A stretch of DNA of 64,000 nucleotides from an uncultured Candidatus Micrarchaeota archaeon (GTDB lineage: Archaea > Micrarchaeota > Micrarchaeia > Micrarchaeales > CABMGC01), in assembly GCA_963753785.1 (NCBI GenBank), contig CAVWDL010000005.1, forward strand, positions 6,969-70,968. The letters are read 5' to 3'. The translations under genes were made by a program, and so were the position numbers. Numbering within the stretch: the stretch's first letter is position 1; the number at the start of each line of letters is the position of its first letter. The notes below the pieces were generated by a model. The model worked only from the letters and a program-made list of their open reading frames with translations, was not told where the DNA came from and searched no databases. This document shows, piece after piece, positions 40,614 to 50,895 of this stretch.

Positions 40614-42126
40614 TCACTCCAGCTTGCCCTGCTCCTTGGTGTAGAGAATCAGCTCGGGGTGCCTCCTGGGCATCGGGTTCGCCCTTATGCCGTAGACCGC
40701 CTTTATCCCCTTCTCTAGGGATATCTCGACCAGCCTCTGGGTTATCACGCCGTCGAGGACTATCGCGTATGCGCCCTTGGTGTCCTGCAGGAAGTTGAGG
40801 AGCTCGCGTATCGCGACCTCCTTTATCACGCTTCCGTCAGGCGCATAGACCCTGCTCCTGAGCGTTCCCGAAAGCTCCACGAGGCCGTTCGCGAGCTGCC
40901 CAAGCAGCGCGCTCTCGAGTATCGGCTTTGTGACCGCTCCCGATTCCCTCGGCGCCTCCCTCTGCAGCGGCACTGACTCGATCCTTCGGATCTCGGTGCG
41001 CTCCTGCTGCTCGCTAGAGTTGCTCCTCAGGTCCTTGATGTAGGGCTTTTCGGACGAATCCTCGAAAGATTCACGTACACCGCTCGTCTGCTGCTGGGGC
41101 GCCTGCTGAGGCTGCGGCTGCTGGTCCCTGTCCCTCTGGTATGGGGAAGGCTGCTGGTCCCTCGGGGACTGATCCCTGGCGAACTGCTGTCCGCCCTGGT
41201 AGGACGGCTGCTGCTCCCTCTGCTGGGAGGAGTTGTTCCTCCTCTCGCTGCGGTCGGTGTGCACGCCTCCCTGGTGGATGTGCCTGTTCTTGTCGAGACC
41301 GAGGTACTGGTCGACTGGGATTCTTGTCCTCAGTCGCCTTGATTACCTCTTTTCTCGTCAGCTCCTCGACCTCCTTTCCGTCGGGCGCCTTCGCCACGAA
41401 GTCGATCTCCGCGACGTTGAGAAGCGACCTTATCACCATGTCTCCGCCCCGATCCCCGTCAACGAAGACGGTGACCTCCTTCTCGTTGGCGAGGTTTATG
41501 ATGCTCTTCGGTATGTTGGAAGTCGCACCCCCAATCGCTATCGCGTTGTTGATGTCGTTCCTTAGAAGGGTTATCACGTCGGCCCTTCCCTCTACCATTA
41601 TGACCTCGTTGCTCTTTCCGACCTCTGGTCCCGCCGGAAGCTGCTCCGGCCCGTAGGTCGAGATCTCGCTTATCTTGACCTCGCTCTGCACTAGCTCCGC
41701 GAGCTCCTTGCTGTCGGGGATCTCCGTCGAGAGCAGCTGGCTGAGCAGCGTCTTCGCCCTGTCGAGTATCTTCCTCCTCTTCTCCGCCCTTGTGTCCTCG
41801 ACCTTCTCGATCTGGAACTGGGCCTCGAAAGGTCCGACCCTGTCGACCGCCTCCACGGCGGCTCCGAGGATGCAGGTCTCGACCCTGTCAAGCGACGCCG
41901 GCAGGAAGAGCTTTCCGAATGTCTTGCTCCCTCCCTGCTGGACCTCTATCTCGATCCTCCCGATCTTTCCGTTCTTCTGCAGTTCACGAAGGTCCAGGTC
42001 GTCCCCCAGAAGCCCCTCGGTCTGCCCGAAGACGGCGCCGATTATGTCCGGCTTGTCCACCAGTCCGTCTATGCTGAACTTCGCCAGCACCATGTACTTC
42101 ACAATGTCCAAATACGTTTTTGCCAT
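40614..42126 (-). CDS. dnaG: Archaeal DnaG-type primase/exosome-associated protein with Gln-rich linker (one frameshift near 41330)
   Basis: VDKPDIIGAVFGQTEGLLG, TOPRIM VEGRADV...DGDRGG, and C-terminal DGVITQRLV. Confidence 0.95.
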
Positions 42127-42127
42127 A

Positions 42128-42505
42128 TCAACCACTCTTCTTTAGGGCCTCGTCTATCGGCCCTTTTATCTGCTCCACGCTGGTCGCGTTGAGCATCTTG
42201 AGAATCCGCCTGCCCAGAACCTCGTCGATGACGTATCCCTCGCCAAACTCGAGTATCCTGGCCTTCAGCTTCTCGCCCTTCTCCGCACCTCCCCTGTCGT
42301 TGTCCATCAGGAGGTACACCTTCCTTTGGCTGCAGCCCAAGGTTTGCTCCGAGACCTTTGAGAAAGGTATCGATTGCACGCCGAAATAGGCGAGCGCACG
42401 CACGTCGTGGGGGCCTTCGACGACCACCGTCCCCTGCCTAAGCTCGTCCAAGATACCTGTTATCGCCCTTCCCCTAGCGCCGTCCTTGCTGTGCTGCAAC
42501 TTCAT
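42128..42505 (-). CDS. Small TOPRIM-domain protein
   Basis: VVVEGPHDVRAL and LLMDNDRGG motifs; upstream of dnaG. Confidence 0.85.
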   Translation of the reverse strand: MKLQHSKDGARGRAITGILDELRQGTVVVEGPHDVRALAYFGVQSIPFSKVSEQTLGCSQRKVYLLMDNDRGGAEKGEKLKARILEFGEGYVIDEVLGRRILKMLNATSVEQIKGPIDEALKKSG

Positions 42506-42726
42506 CCCACGCTGCTGTGGCTAACAAGGCTCGCGCCTGACCGGCGCGTCCACGACGGAAAAACAAGTGTAATTGTCATAGTAAATCCCCAATTAGCTCT
42601 GAGCAGTACATATCATGCTCAGGATAGTATTAAATAGATTATCTACGCCCAAGCGTATCGTACCGAATTGAGGCGGATTGCACGTACAAGGGGGTAATAA
42701 TAGAGGAAAGCCTTGATGACAAGGCG

Positions 42727-43092
42727 GTGATGGATGCAGTCAGGATCATACGCAAAAAAGTGGAGAAGGCGACTAAGGAGCACCATACCCCTTGGGTGAA
42801 GACGTGGACCCTTTGCACGGTCGAGATTCCCGAGAGCAGGGCGGAAGGGATTGCGAGAAAGGTGCGCAGGTCGCTGACATCGAAGCACAATTGGTACGCG
42901 GACTTCAAGAACGGGAGAAAGCACTACATAATCTTCAAGCACAGGATATTCAGGATAAACAGGAACAGCGCGGAGGAATACAGGAAGGCAACGGAGTACG
43001 GCATATCGATAGGGATACCCGCGCAGCAGGTCGACTTCTCGCCCCATGTCAGGAAATGGAAGAGGAAATCTCCTATACGCAGGAAAGCATAG
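42727..43092 (+). CDS. Hypothetical protein (frame is open further upstream, to about 42680)
   Basis: Backbone-like codon usage; upstream in-frame YKGVIIEESLDDK; WYADF and GIPxxQVDF motifs. Confidence 0.6.
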   Translation: MMDAVRIIRKKVEKATKEHHTPWVKTWTLCTVEIPESRAEGIARKVRRSLTSKHNWYADFKNGRKHYIIFKHRIFRINRNSAEEYRKATEYGISIGIPAQQVDFSPHVRKWKRKSPIRRKA

Positions 43093-43162
43093 TCAGTGCC
43101 CTCGTTTCTGAAGAAAGGGTTATAAATTCTCGAACTCTCTATTAGCGCGGGAGGCGACCAGG

Positions 43163-43585
43163 TTGACGGGATACGACAAAGGTGCCAGGAGCGAGAGGGA
43201 GCTGCTCAACATACTCTACGAGAGGGGCTACTCGGTCACCAGGAGCGCCGGATCCGGTGTGAACGCCCTGAGCCCCGACCTTGTCGCGATGAGGAAGAGG
43301 GAGTGCCTTGTGATCGAATGCAAGGCATGGGAGAAGGGGAGCCTCGCGATAGGCCCCGAGCAGTTCGAGAAGATGCTCGAGTGGGAGGAGAAGACCCAGT
43401 TCCCAGTCTTCGTCGCATGGCGCATGAACGGGATGGGCTGGTTCTTCATAAAGCTCGACGAGTTCGATAAGGGAAAGAGCAACCACAACATAACGAGGAA
43501 GAAGGCGCTCGCGCTCAACCGGAAGCTTGACGACGTATGCGGCAAAGCTGCCGTTGCGGTTGCAACCACGGCAGAGCAAAAGTGA
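43163..43585 (+). CDS. hjc: Holliday junction resolvase Hjc
   Basis: KGARSERELL...GYSVTRSAGSG...PDLVA...IECK signature. Confidence 0.93.
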   Translation: MTGYDKGARSERELLNILYERGYSVTRSAGSGVNALSPDLVAMRKRECLVIECKAWEKGSLAIGPEQFEKMLEWEEKTQFPVFVAWRMNGMGWFFIKLDEFDKGKSNHNITRKKALALNRKLDDVCGKAAVAVATTAEQK

Positions 43586-43657
43586 TTGAGAGGGACAATC
43601 GATTCCACTCGTAATCCCTACTATTCGGTCTTGACGCTGCGAATGTGCGCATCCGAG

Positions 43658-43872
43658 ATTGCTCATTATAATGAGCAATAATCCAGTTTTTTGATCAACA
43701 TAATGAGCAAGTCTGAATTACCTAAAGGCTGAGGTTCTGGTTTTATGTCACGGTAATCATCATAGTTGATGACTTGTGTGACATAAATCTCACAAATAGA
43801 ACAAAAGGGATGCGAATGCGCACTTGCATATCTTAATGAGCATACTTTGAAGTTTGCTACATAATAAGCAGT
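43658..43872. repeat. Array of palindromic TTGCTCATTATAATGAGCAA-like motifs plus a long hairpin
   Basis: Perfect 22 bp palindrome at 43658-43679; degenerate copies near 43691, 43824 and 43854; inverted repeat TTATGTCAC...GTGACATAA at about 43743-43786. Confidence 0.75.
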
Positions 43873-43902
43873 TTAGATTCTCATTATCGAATGAACTCAA
43901 CG

Positions 43903-46900
43903 TCATCCACTGAAAGAGAAAGAAGGCATAACCCCGTATGGAGGATATGCCCTTATCCTTACCCAGTGGATGTTCATCGTTCCTCCATTAGAACTCCAAG
44001 TTATTCCTCCGACAGGATACTGGGATGATGGCAGTCCGGTGGTGAGCGTCTCCATCGTCCCGTAGTCGTAATCAAAAGAGGAAGAGGAGGAGGACGGCCA
44101 ATAGGTCGAGAAAATGTGGTTCAGGCCGCTCGGGTTGACGTTTCCTTGGGTGCCTCCTGTCATGTCTTCAAGAGTGCTTCCGGAAATGCCCCATCCGGCG
44201 GCGGGACCTCCGGTTTCGACGTAGCCGAATTCGGTGTTTGTGAAACCCACTCCGGAACCTGTGATGTTCCCGTAGAAGTCAAGTACCTGCGAACCGTTCA
44301 GGCCGTAATCGGCGTCTGTCCAGAAACGGTTGTTTGTCCCTGAAGTGAATGCAATCGATAACCCGTCATTTACGGCGACGCTTCCTGAATAGGCGGTCCA
44401 TCCGGAAGGAGCGTCGGTTCCGGCGAAGTTCTGATATAGGACAGGAAATACTGTAGGCCCGTTATCATGTTGCCCGTAGGTCGAAGATAGCTGCGGAGCC
44501 TCGCCCAGCCACACTCCGTCGTAATCGTCACCGGACGCGAAGGTCACGTTCAGAGGCAGGCTGCCATCTGCACCTATGCCCGGAGAGACGTTGAGCCAGA
44601 ACATCACATGAGTCGAAGAGGAAGTGCAGTTGCTCTCGCACCATGCATGGAGTTCGGAATTTCCTATATAAAACCTCAGGTTGCCGAGGTCGCCCGTCGC
44701 GTTCTGGAACAGGAAATCTGTCGCATTAATCACGACCATCTGCTGGAAATCTGTTCCTGTTCCAGTGCCTTGGTTATTGGACAGAGTTATCGTTACGTTC
44801 GGATACACAGATGAAATGATTGTAGTCGAGGAAGTACTCGTTATCGTCGTCGAGGTTGAAGTTGACCCGATCGATGACGTTGCAAAGGTGGATGTCGTAG
44901 AGGTTGAAGTCGAGGTAGATAGAGTGGTGGAGGTCGATGTGCTGGTCGATGTCGTCGTGCTTTCCGATTCGGAGTAGGTCATGCGCAGGTTAGCTCCGGA
45001 GTTCTCGCCGCAATCGCCGCTCCACGTCGGCTTCTGCCACGTCTGGAAGCCAACTCCAGGATTGAAACATAATGAAGCGGAACCTCCAGGACTCCTGTAT
45101 GTCCTGAAAGACTCGTAGTCGCTTCCCTGCACGGCAAGCCAGTAAACATCGCCCTCGCTTATCGTGACGCTCTGCGGTATGTTCAGGTCGTTCCATCCTG
45201 TCTGCATCGCATGCGCAGTCGAGTTTCCAAGCCACGTCCCGGGAGTTCCAGATGAATCTGAGTATATTCCGACCTCCAGATCTCCCGCCGCGGTGGACAC
45301 GTTCACTCCGACGCTCTGCAGCGTCCCGAAGGAGGAAGCGGTAATTGGCCAGAGGGCCTCCCAGGAGTAGCTGTCTGTTCCGGTTCCAAGTCCGATATAG
45401 TCGGTGATTCCCACACTGACGGTGGTTGTCTGAGAGGTGGAGGTCGAGGTGGAGGTCGATGTCGTCGACGATGTGGTTGAAGTGGTCAGAGTGCCTTCAG
45501 AGTTAAAGAAGACTGAAGGCATGACGCCGTTAGGAGGATGGACTCTCAATCTAACCCAATATATGCGTATTGTGCCTCCGTTCGAGCTCCAGGTTATTCC
45601 TCCGATGGGATACTTGGAAGACGGAAGCCCTGTGTTGAGAGTCTCTCCGGATCCGTAATCGTAGCTGAACGATGATGAAGAAGAGGAAGGCCAGTATGTA
45701 GAGAAGGTATGATTTGAACTTCCGGGGTTGGCACTCCCCTGGGTGCTGCCAGTCATGTCTTCAAGCGTGCTTCCCGAGATTCCCCATCCGGCGGCGGGAC
45801 CTCCGGTTTCGACGTAGCCGAATTCGGTGTTTGTGAAACCAACACCCGGAACCTGTGATGTTCCCGTAGAAGTCAAGTACCTGCGAACTGTTCAGGCCGT
45901 AATCGGCGTCTGTCCAGAAACGGTTGTTTGTCCCTGAAGTGAATGCAATCGATAACCCATCATTTACGGCGACGCTTCCCGAATAGGCGGTCCATCCAGA
46001 GGGTGTGTCTGTTCCTGTGAAGTTCTGGTATAGGGCAGGGAACATCAGTGCACCATTGTCGTATCTTCCGTAAGTGCTCGACAGTTGCGGAGCTTCGCCC
46101 GCATAGGCTCCGTCGAACTCCGTGCCTTTAGGCAAGAAAGTCATGTTCACTTCCATAATGGAGCCAGATCCCATCTCACCCGGCAGCCTTATCCAGAAGA
46201 GGGTTGCATTTTCTCTCCAAGAGTAGAGTTCAGTATCCCCCGAGAAGAAACGGACGTTGCCTCCGTCGTAGGATAGGTTCTGGAAGATAGGATCTGTGGA
46301 GTTTATCCTGACCATTTGCTGGAATTCCGCAGCGGTAGGAACGCTCTGGTTGTTGTATATAGTTAAAGTCACGTTCGGATGGTACACGTCCACGCTTGTC
46401 GTGTTGGATAGGGCCCATGCACCTGTGGAATCCTGCACTGCATAACAGGCATAGGTCGTGGAATTTATTCGAATAGAGAATGAATCTGAAGCGTTGGCAT
46501 CATAGTTAATGTCCTTGGTTCCTCCGTTCGATGTCCAGTTCCACGGCTCCTGAAGGTCGGTAGTGCAGTTGCGGTCTGTCCCGTAGAACCATACATAGTG
46601 AAGGTAAGGAGAGGCTCCTCCGCTGACGTTGGCATACAAGGTGACATTGCTTCCCTTAGTGACAACAGTGGCGTTTGCGTTCGGAAGGCCTGCGACCATC
46701 TTCGGATTGACAGTGAAGAGGGTGCTGTTAGTGCCAGAACCGATGTATGAGCTGTCGATCGCACTCATCCATCCGTTGAGAGTGACGTTCAACTCATATG
46801 TCCCTGGCGTAAGATTTGCAGGGATAGGGATGTTTATGGAAGACTGCGCATGCTGGTAGGTAAGATTTCTCGTTAAGACAAGGAGCCCGTTTGACGAGTA

Positions 46901-49542
46901 TACTGAAGCATTGATGTCATACGGGCCTGTGATTCCAGTGCTGTTTGTCATCCAGGTGCCAATTCCTCCTTGGTCTACTGAATTCGTATTTCCATATGCC
47001 GAAAGTGAGGCGTTTACTGTCTTGAAAAAGAAGAGCGGAGCAGAATATGACGAAGAAGTCGTATCAGGATCTGAATCAGTCACGACCACGTTCACAACCT
47101 CTGGGAAGTTCGCAAGGTCATTAGCACCTATCGTGAAGTTCTGCACACAAGAGGTTGCATTTGTTATTACGGTCGCCGTCTGTATGGTCTCTTTTGACAG
47201 CGAATTGACAACGGAGAAGAAATATGTGTAGGGCGGTACTGCGAAATCAGTGGTAGCAATTCTTGCTGTAACCGCTACAGAATTGGATCTTTCTATAGGC
47301 CCTGAATATGTTTCTGTCGATTTTTCCAAGAAATGACCGAAGGTTGTCACGTTCGGCATGACTCCGTTTGGTGGCGTGTTTCTCGTTCGTATCCAAGAAA
47401 GAGACACAGGAGTAGGATTGTTCCAACGATCCCAACCGCCAGTAAGAGTGAATGCTTCATCTCCTGTTATTTCAGACACATTCTCCATTTGGGTGGTCAC
47501 TAGAGAGTCGACACGGTTACCGGGGTGTTTTGTCCTGCTTTGTATTAGGACTTTGCCATTATATAATGCGAAACTAACTGGAGAGGTCAAGGTATCTGAG
47601 GTGTTGGATACGGTAGACACTCCATTGATTGTAGTGAAAAAATATTCAGGATAGGGACTGTTTTCATCAGCTCTTAGCACTCCAACTCCATAAGTACAGT
47701 TAGGTTGCATCCATCCCATAAACCCGTCGTAGTATCTGCAAGTAGTATTGCCGCTTAAAAGAGTCCATCCCTCGTAACCTGTCGGAGTAAGAACACATAT
47801 TCCCCATGAACAAATCGAATATCCTTCGGGAAGGTAAAACGTATCCACCGCAATATTAGTATTTTCATATGTCGCAGGAGTTAGGTTTGCATTCTGGAAT
47901 CTTACGCTGCCTGTGAAAGTTAGTCCGTTGTCAACAGTCCAGTTTGAACCAGCCAAACCGAATATTTGTTGATCTATAATCGAGTTATTTCTCAAAAAGT
48001 CGTCATAATGGTCGAAGACATATCTCCCATTGTCATACTCCGCATATTCGGGGCTTAGTGTCGGAGCTTCCCCGGTAGGGCCATTGGCGGACATCACATT
48101 ATAAGGCAGTATATTCATGAATATCAGAATGTTGCTGTTTCCGGAGATGGTTTGGTTCAGTTTGACCCATACCACTGTATGCGCTGACGAATTAGTGGCA
48201 TTGCTCTCAACCCATGCCTGAAGAGGCTCTCCTGCTGCATCAGTGAAGTCAACGTTGGTCCAGTTGGAGTTTATCATGGGGAACCTCCTGCTGTTGATAT
48301 CGAGCACCTGCTGGAAACCAATAGGAGTGGCATACTGCTGAGTGTTAGTAAGAGTTATAGGCACGGAATATGGATCTATGCGTTCCATAGTAACAGGTGA
48401 CGGTTCTATCTCATCCTTTTGTCCGCCAGACTTAAGATTAAAGTCACCTACAAGGGTCCAGTTATAGGCTTGCGGTTTGGGATCCGTTGAGGAATTGTCA
48501 GTGACAAATACGGCAAGAATTTTAGGACCTGTAATCATAGTTTTAAATTCTGAATTATTACTTCTTAGTGGAGTTAACACTTGCGATAATGAAAAATCAC
48601 GATTCACGTAGGCCCATTGGTAAAGAAGTTTGTGGTTGGAGTTGCCGGGCACAATCGCTTCAAAGGTTGCGTTTTTGCCAAGAATTTTTGGAGTCAGATT
48701 AGATATGTTTGCAACACGCAAATCTCCATAAGTCACCCAGAAACTCGAGCCATCGGGGGTAATTGGATCAGGGTTTGCAAGAGTTGCACCTGGCACCGAG
48801 AAACCATCACTTCCAGGTATTTGTATTGAAATATTGCTTTGTAGCGTATAAGCATAGGAAGAAACTGAACTATTCTTATAAAATTCTTCGAATGACTTGA
48901 AATCAGAATTGCTTTGTTTCGCAGATAAAACTCTTGAGTTTGTGAAATCAGGACCAAAAGCAGAATATGCAAATTTTGACAGGGAGGCACACTCATAACC
49001 AAAAAGACATGATGCCTTGAGCAATTCATCTATAACTTCAAAAGATTGATTATTCGGGTTGTAACTCACATTAGTTTCATTAACCCAGTGCTGTGTCGTA
49101 TCGTTTATGCTCATTAACCAGATACCTGGGTGTACTGTAGAATTACTCATTAACTTTATCTCTGCTTTTATTATATCATTAGCTCTTACTGTCTGACTCA
49201 AAGCTATTCCACTTTCGGGATAAGGGATAAAGCTACATTGGTATTCTTGAGTACATTCATACCATGCGGAATATTGGGAATTGAGATAGCTCGTACCTAT
49301 CTGAATTAAATTGTGTCCAAGGTCTCCGCCGATTCCTATCCATTGTGCGGAAGTTCCGCTGCCTGACTGAGCAGGAACAATCCAAGAAGCACTCACACCA
49401 ATCAAGTTTGATGAGCTTATTTCATAACCCGACCAGATAGGGTGATAAAAAGACATTTGTTCTGCTTTTAAAGAAATCAGAAACAAGAAAAAACTAATAA
49501 AAAGAGTATTTTTCCACTATTTAAAAGTTTCAATAACATCAT
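43903..49542 (-). CDS. Giant secreted protein C (paralog of A and B), with single-base frameshifts near 49490 and 45846
   Basis: ORFs 45761-49486 and 43903-45876 join by removing one C. ATG at 49542 gives a signal peptide that joins the main ORF by adding one base to the A6 run at 49488-49493. Confidence 0.8.
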
Positions 49543-49546
49543 CAAA

Positions 49547-50080
49547 TTAGCTTGCTTTTGCCTCAAGCGTAGCAATCTCCACGTAATTCATAATAGCACT
49601 CGAATTACCTTGCGGCACACAGACGCCGGTTCCACCTATTATTTTTGTCACTCCCTTACTTTTTGTGTAACAAATCCAAAGACTTCCGAAAGTGAAAGTT
49701 CCTAATGTGGTTCCTGATTTAGATACTGACAATATACCAGAAGGTATTCCTGCCTTCTGTCCTGAGTAAAGGGTTGGTGAGGATGACGCTGCTGAGAATT
49801 TTATCATAGGTGTTCCTGTAGTTGCGTTAGTCACATTCGGAGCGTAACCTATCGCCCAACCCACCCAAGTTTGCCCTGTGTTCTGCCCTATAGTCACAGT
49901 CAAATTTCCCGTATGCTCTGAATAGTTAAGTCCATTACAGTAGAAACCTTGATTTGCAGTACAACTAGTCCCTAGTACTCCTGGCACAGAGAATAAACTA
50001 AGGCTAAAGATAATACACAGCACAATAATTGCTAAAACCGCAATTAAGACTATTTTAATGCCTTTCTTAATTTCTTTCAT
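49547..50080 (-). CDS. Small pilin-like exported protein (module C)
   Basis: TM helix, CTANQGFYC...TGNLTVTIGQNTGQTW; close paralog of 31353-31880. Confidence 0.75.
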   Translation of the reverse strand: MKEIKKGIKIVLIAVLAIIVLCIIFSLSLFSVPGVLGTSCTANQGFYCNGLNYSEHTGNLTVTIGQNTGQTWVGWAIGYAPNVTNATTGTPMIKFSAASSSPTLYSGQKAGIPSGILSVSKSGTTLGTFTFGSLWICYTKSKGVTKIIGGTGVCVPQGNSSAIMNYVEIATLEAKAS

Positions 50081-50224
50081 TCTTATTCTGCTAAGAAGCC
50101 AAACTTTAAATCACTTTCTCCGAATTTCAGATAATTTTTGTTCAGCAGGTCAGTTTTCTGTAATCAGCACGAGCCGCGCTGAAGCACGGCGAACGGAGTG
50201 AGACTGCGATCCGCAGCGAGGTAG

Positions 50225-50300
50225 ATCTGTGCACGCTCGGCTCGCCCATCACAACTACCAACCGACAGGGGCTGGAGTTTTCACTCCAGCTTGCCTCTGC
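50225..50300 (-). repeat. Flank shared with 32235-32310, ending in a short copy of the dnaG stop region
   Basis: ctgtgcacgctcggctcgcccatcacaactaccaaccgacaggggctggagttttcactccagcttgcc versus ctgtgcacgcccagctcgctcatcacactaccaaccgacaggggctggagctttcactccagcttgcc. Confidence 0.9.
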
Positions 50301-50891
50301 TTATGAAAGGTCGACAGAGATAGGGCAGGCTGCCATGTACTGCGAATTGCCGTACACGTACAGCTTGTAGGCGGTCACAAGCGAGCTGTTCGTCTGGCTG
50401 TAATTTAGGAAGACGTTCGGCTCCGCGCTCGCCATGCTTAGGCACTTGCTGGGAGTCGCGTTCGCTATTGAGACCGTGTGCCCGAGCCCCCCGACGGGAT
50501 AGGTGCAAAGCGTCCTGTTGAGTATGTAGTAGTCTATGGTCGTCGCGTTCCTGCTGTGCGCCATGACCTGTATCATCTGGGCCGCACACTGGGACTCCCT
50601 CACGAACTGCGACTGGTTGCCGTAGGTCAGTATGACCGCGACGCGGCTTGCCGAGTTCAGGTTAGACTTGAACGTCGAGAATGGCACTGAGACCTGGCTT
50701 GGGAGGAGCACGAAGAAGAATGCGATCAGGACCACCGCCACGAGGACCAGGACGAGCGCAACGAGCGTGACTACGGATCCGCCCTTCTTCTCCTGCTGCT
50801 TCTTCTCTACGATCTCCGCGGTCTTCCTCTCCGGCTTCCTGCCTTCGCTCGGGGAAGCCTTCCTCTCAGTCTTCTTTGTCTTTTCAGCCAT
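50301..50891 (-). CDS. Hypothetical membrane-anchored protein
   Basis: Charged N-terminus, TM helix, Cys-containing extracellular domain. Confidence 0.7.
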   Translation of the reverse strand: MAEKTKKTERKASPSEGRKPERKTAEIVEKKQQEKKGGSVVTLVALVLVLVAVVLIAFFFVLLPSQVSVPFSTFKSNLNSASRVAVILTYGNQSQFVRESQCAAQMIQVMAHSRNATTIDYYILNRTLCTYPVGGLGHTVSIANATPSKCLSMASAEPNVFLNYSQTNSSLVTAYKLYVYGNSQYMAACPISVDLS

Positions 50892-50895
50892 CAGA

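Noticed and set aside
43658-43872. CRISPR array or Cdc6/ORB replication origin
   Set aside because: Repeats are degenerate and irregularly spaced, there are no cas or cdc6 genes, and no ORB-like GTTCCAG...GGAAAC/G-string motif.
18383-49542. Diversity-generating retroelement acting on the repeated giant-gene segments
   Set aside because: No reverse transcriptase in the window. Differences between repeats are mainly third-position changes of all base types plus indels, not adenine-specific.
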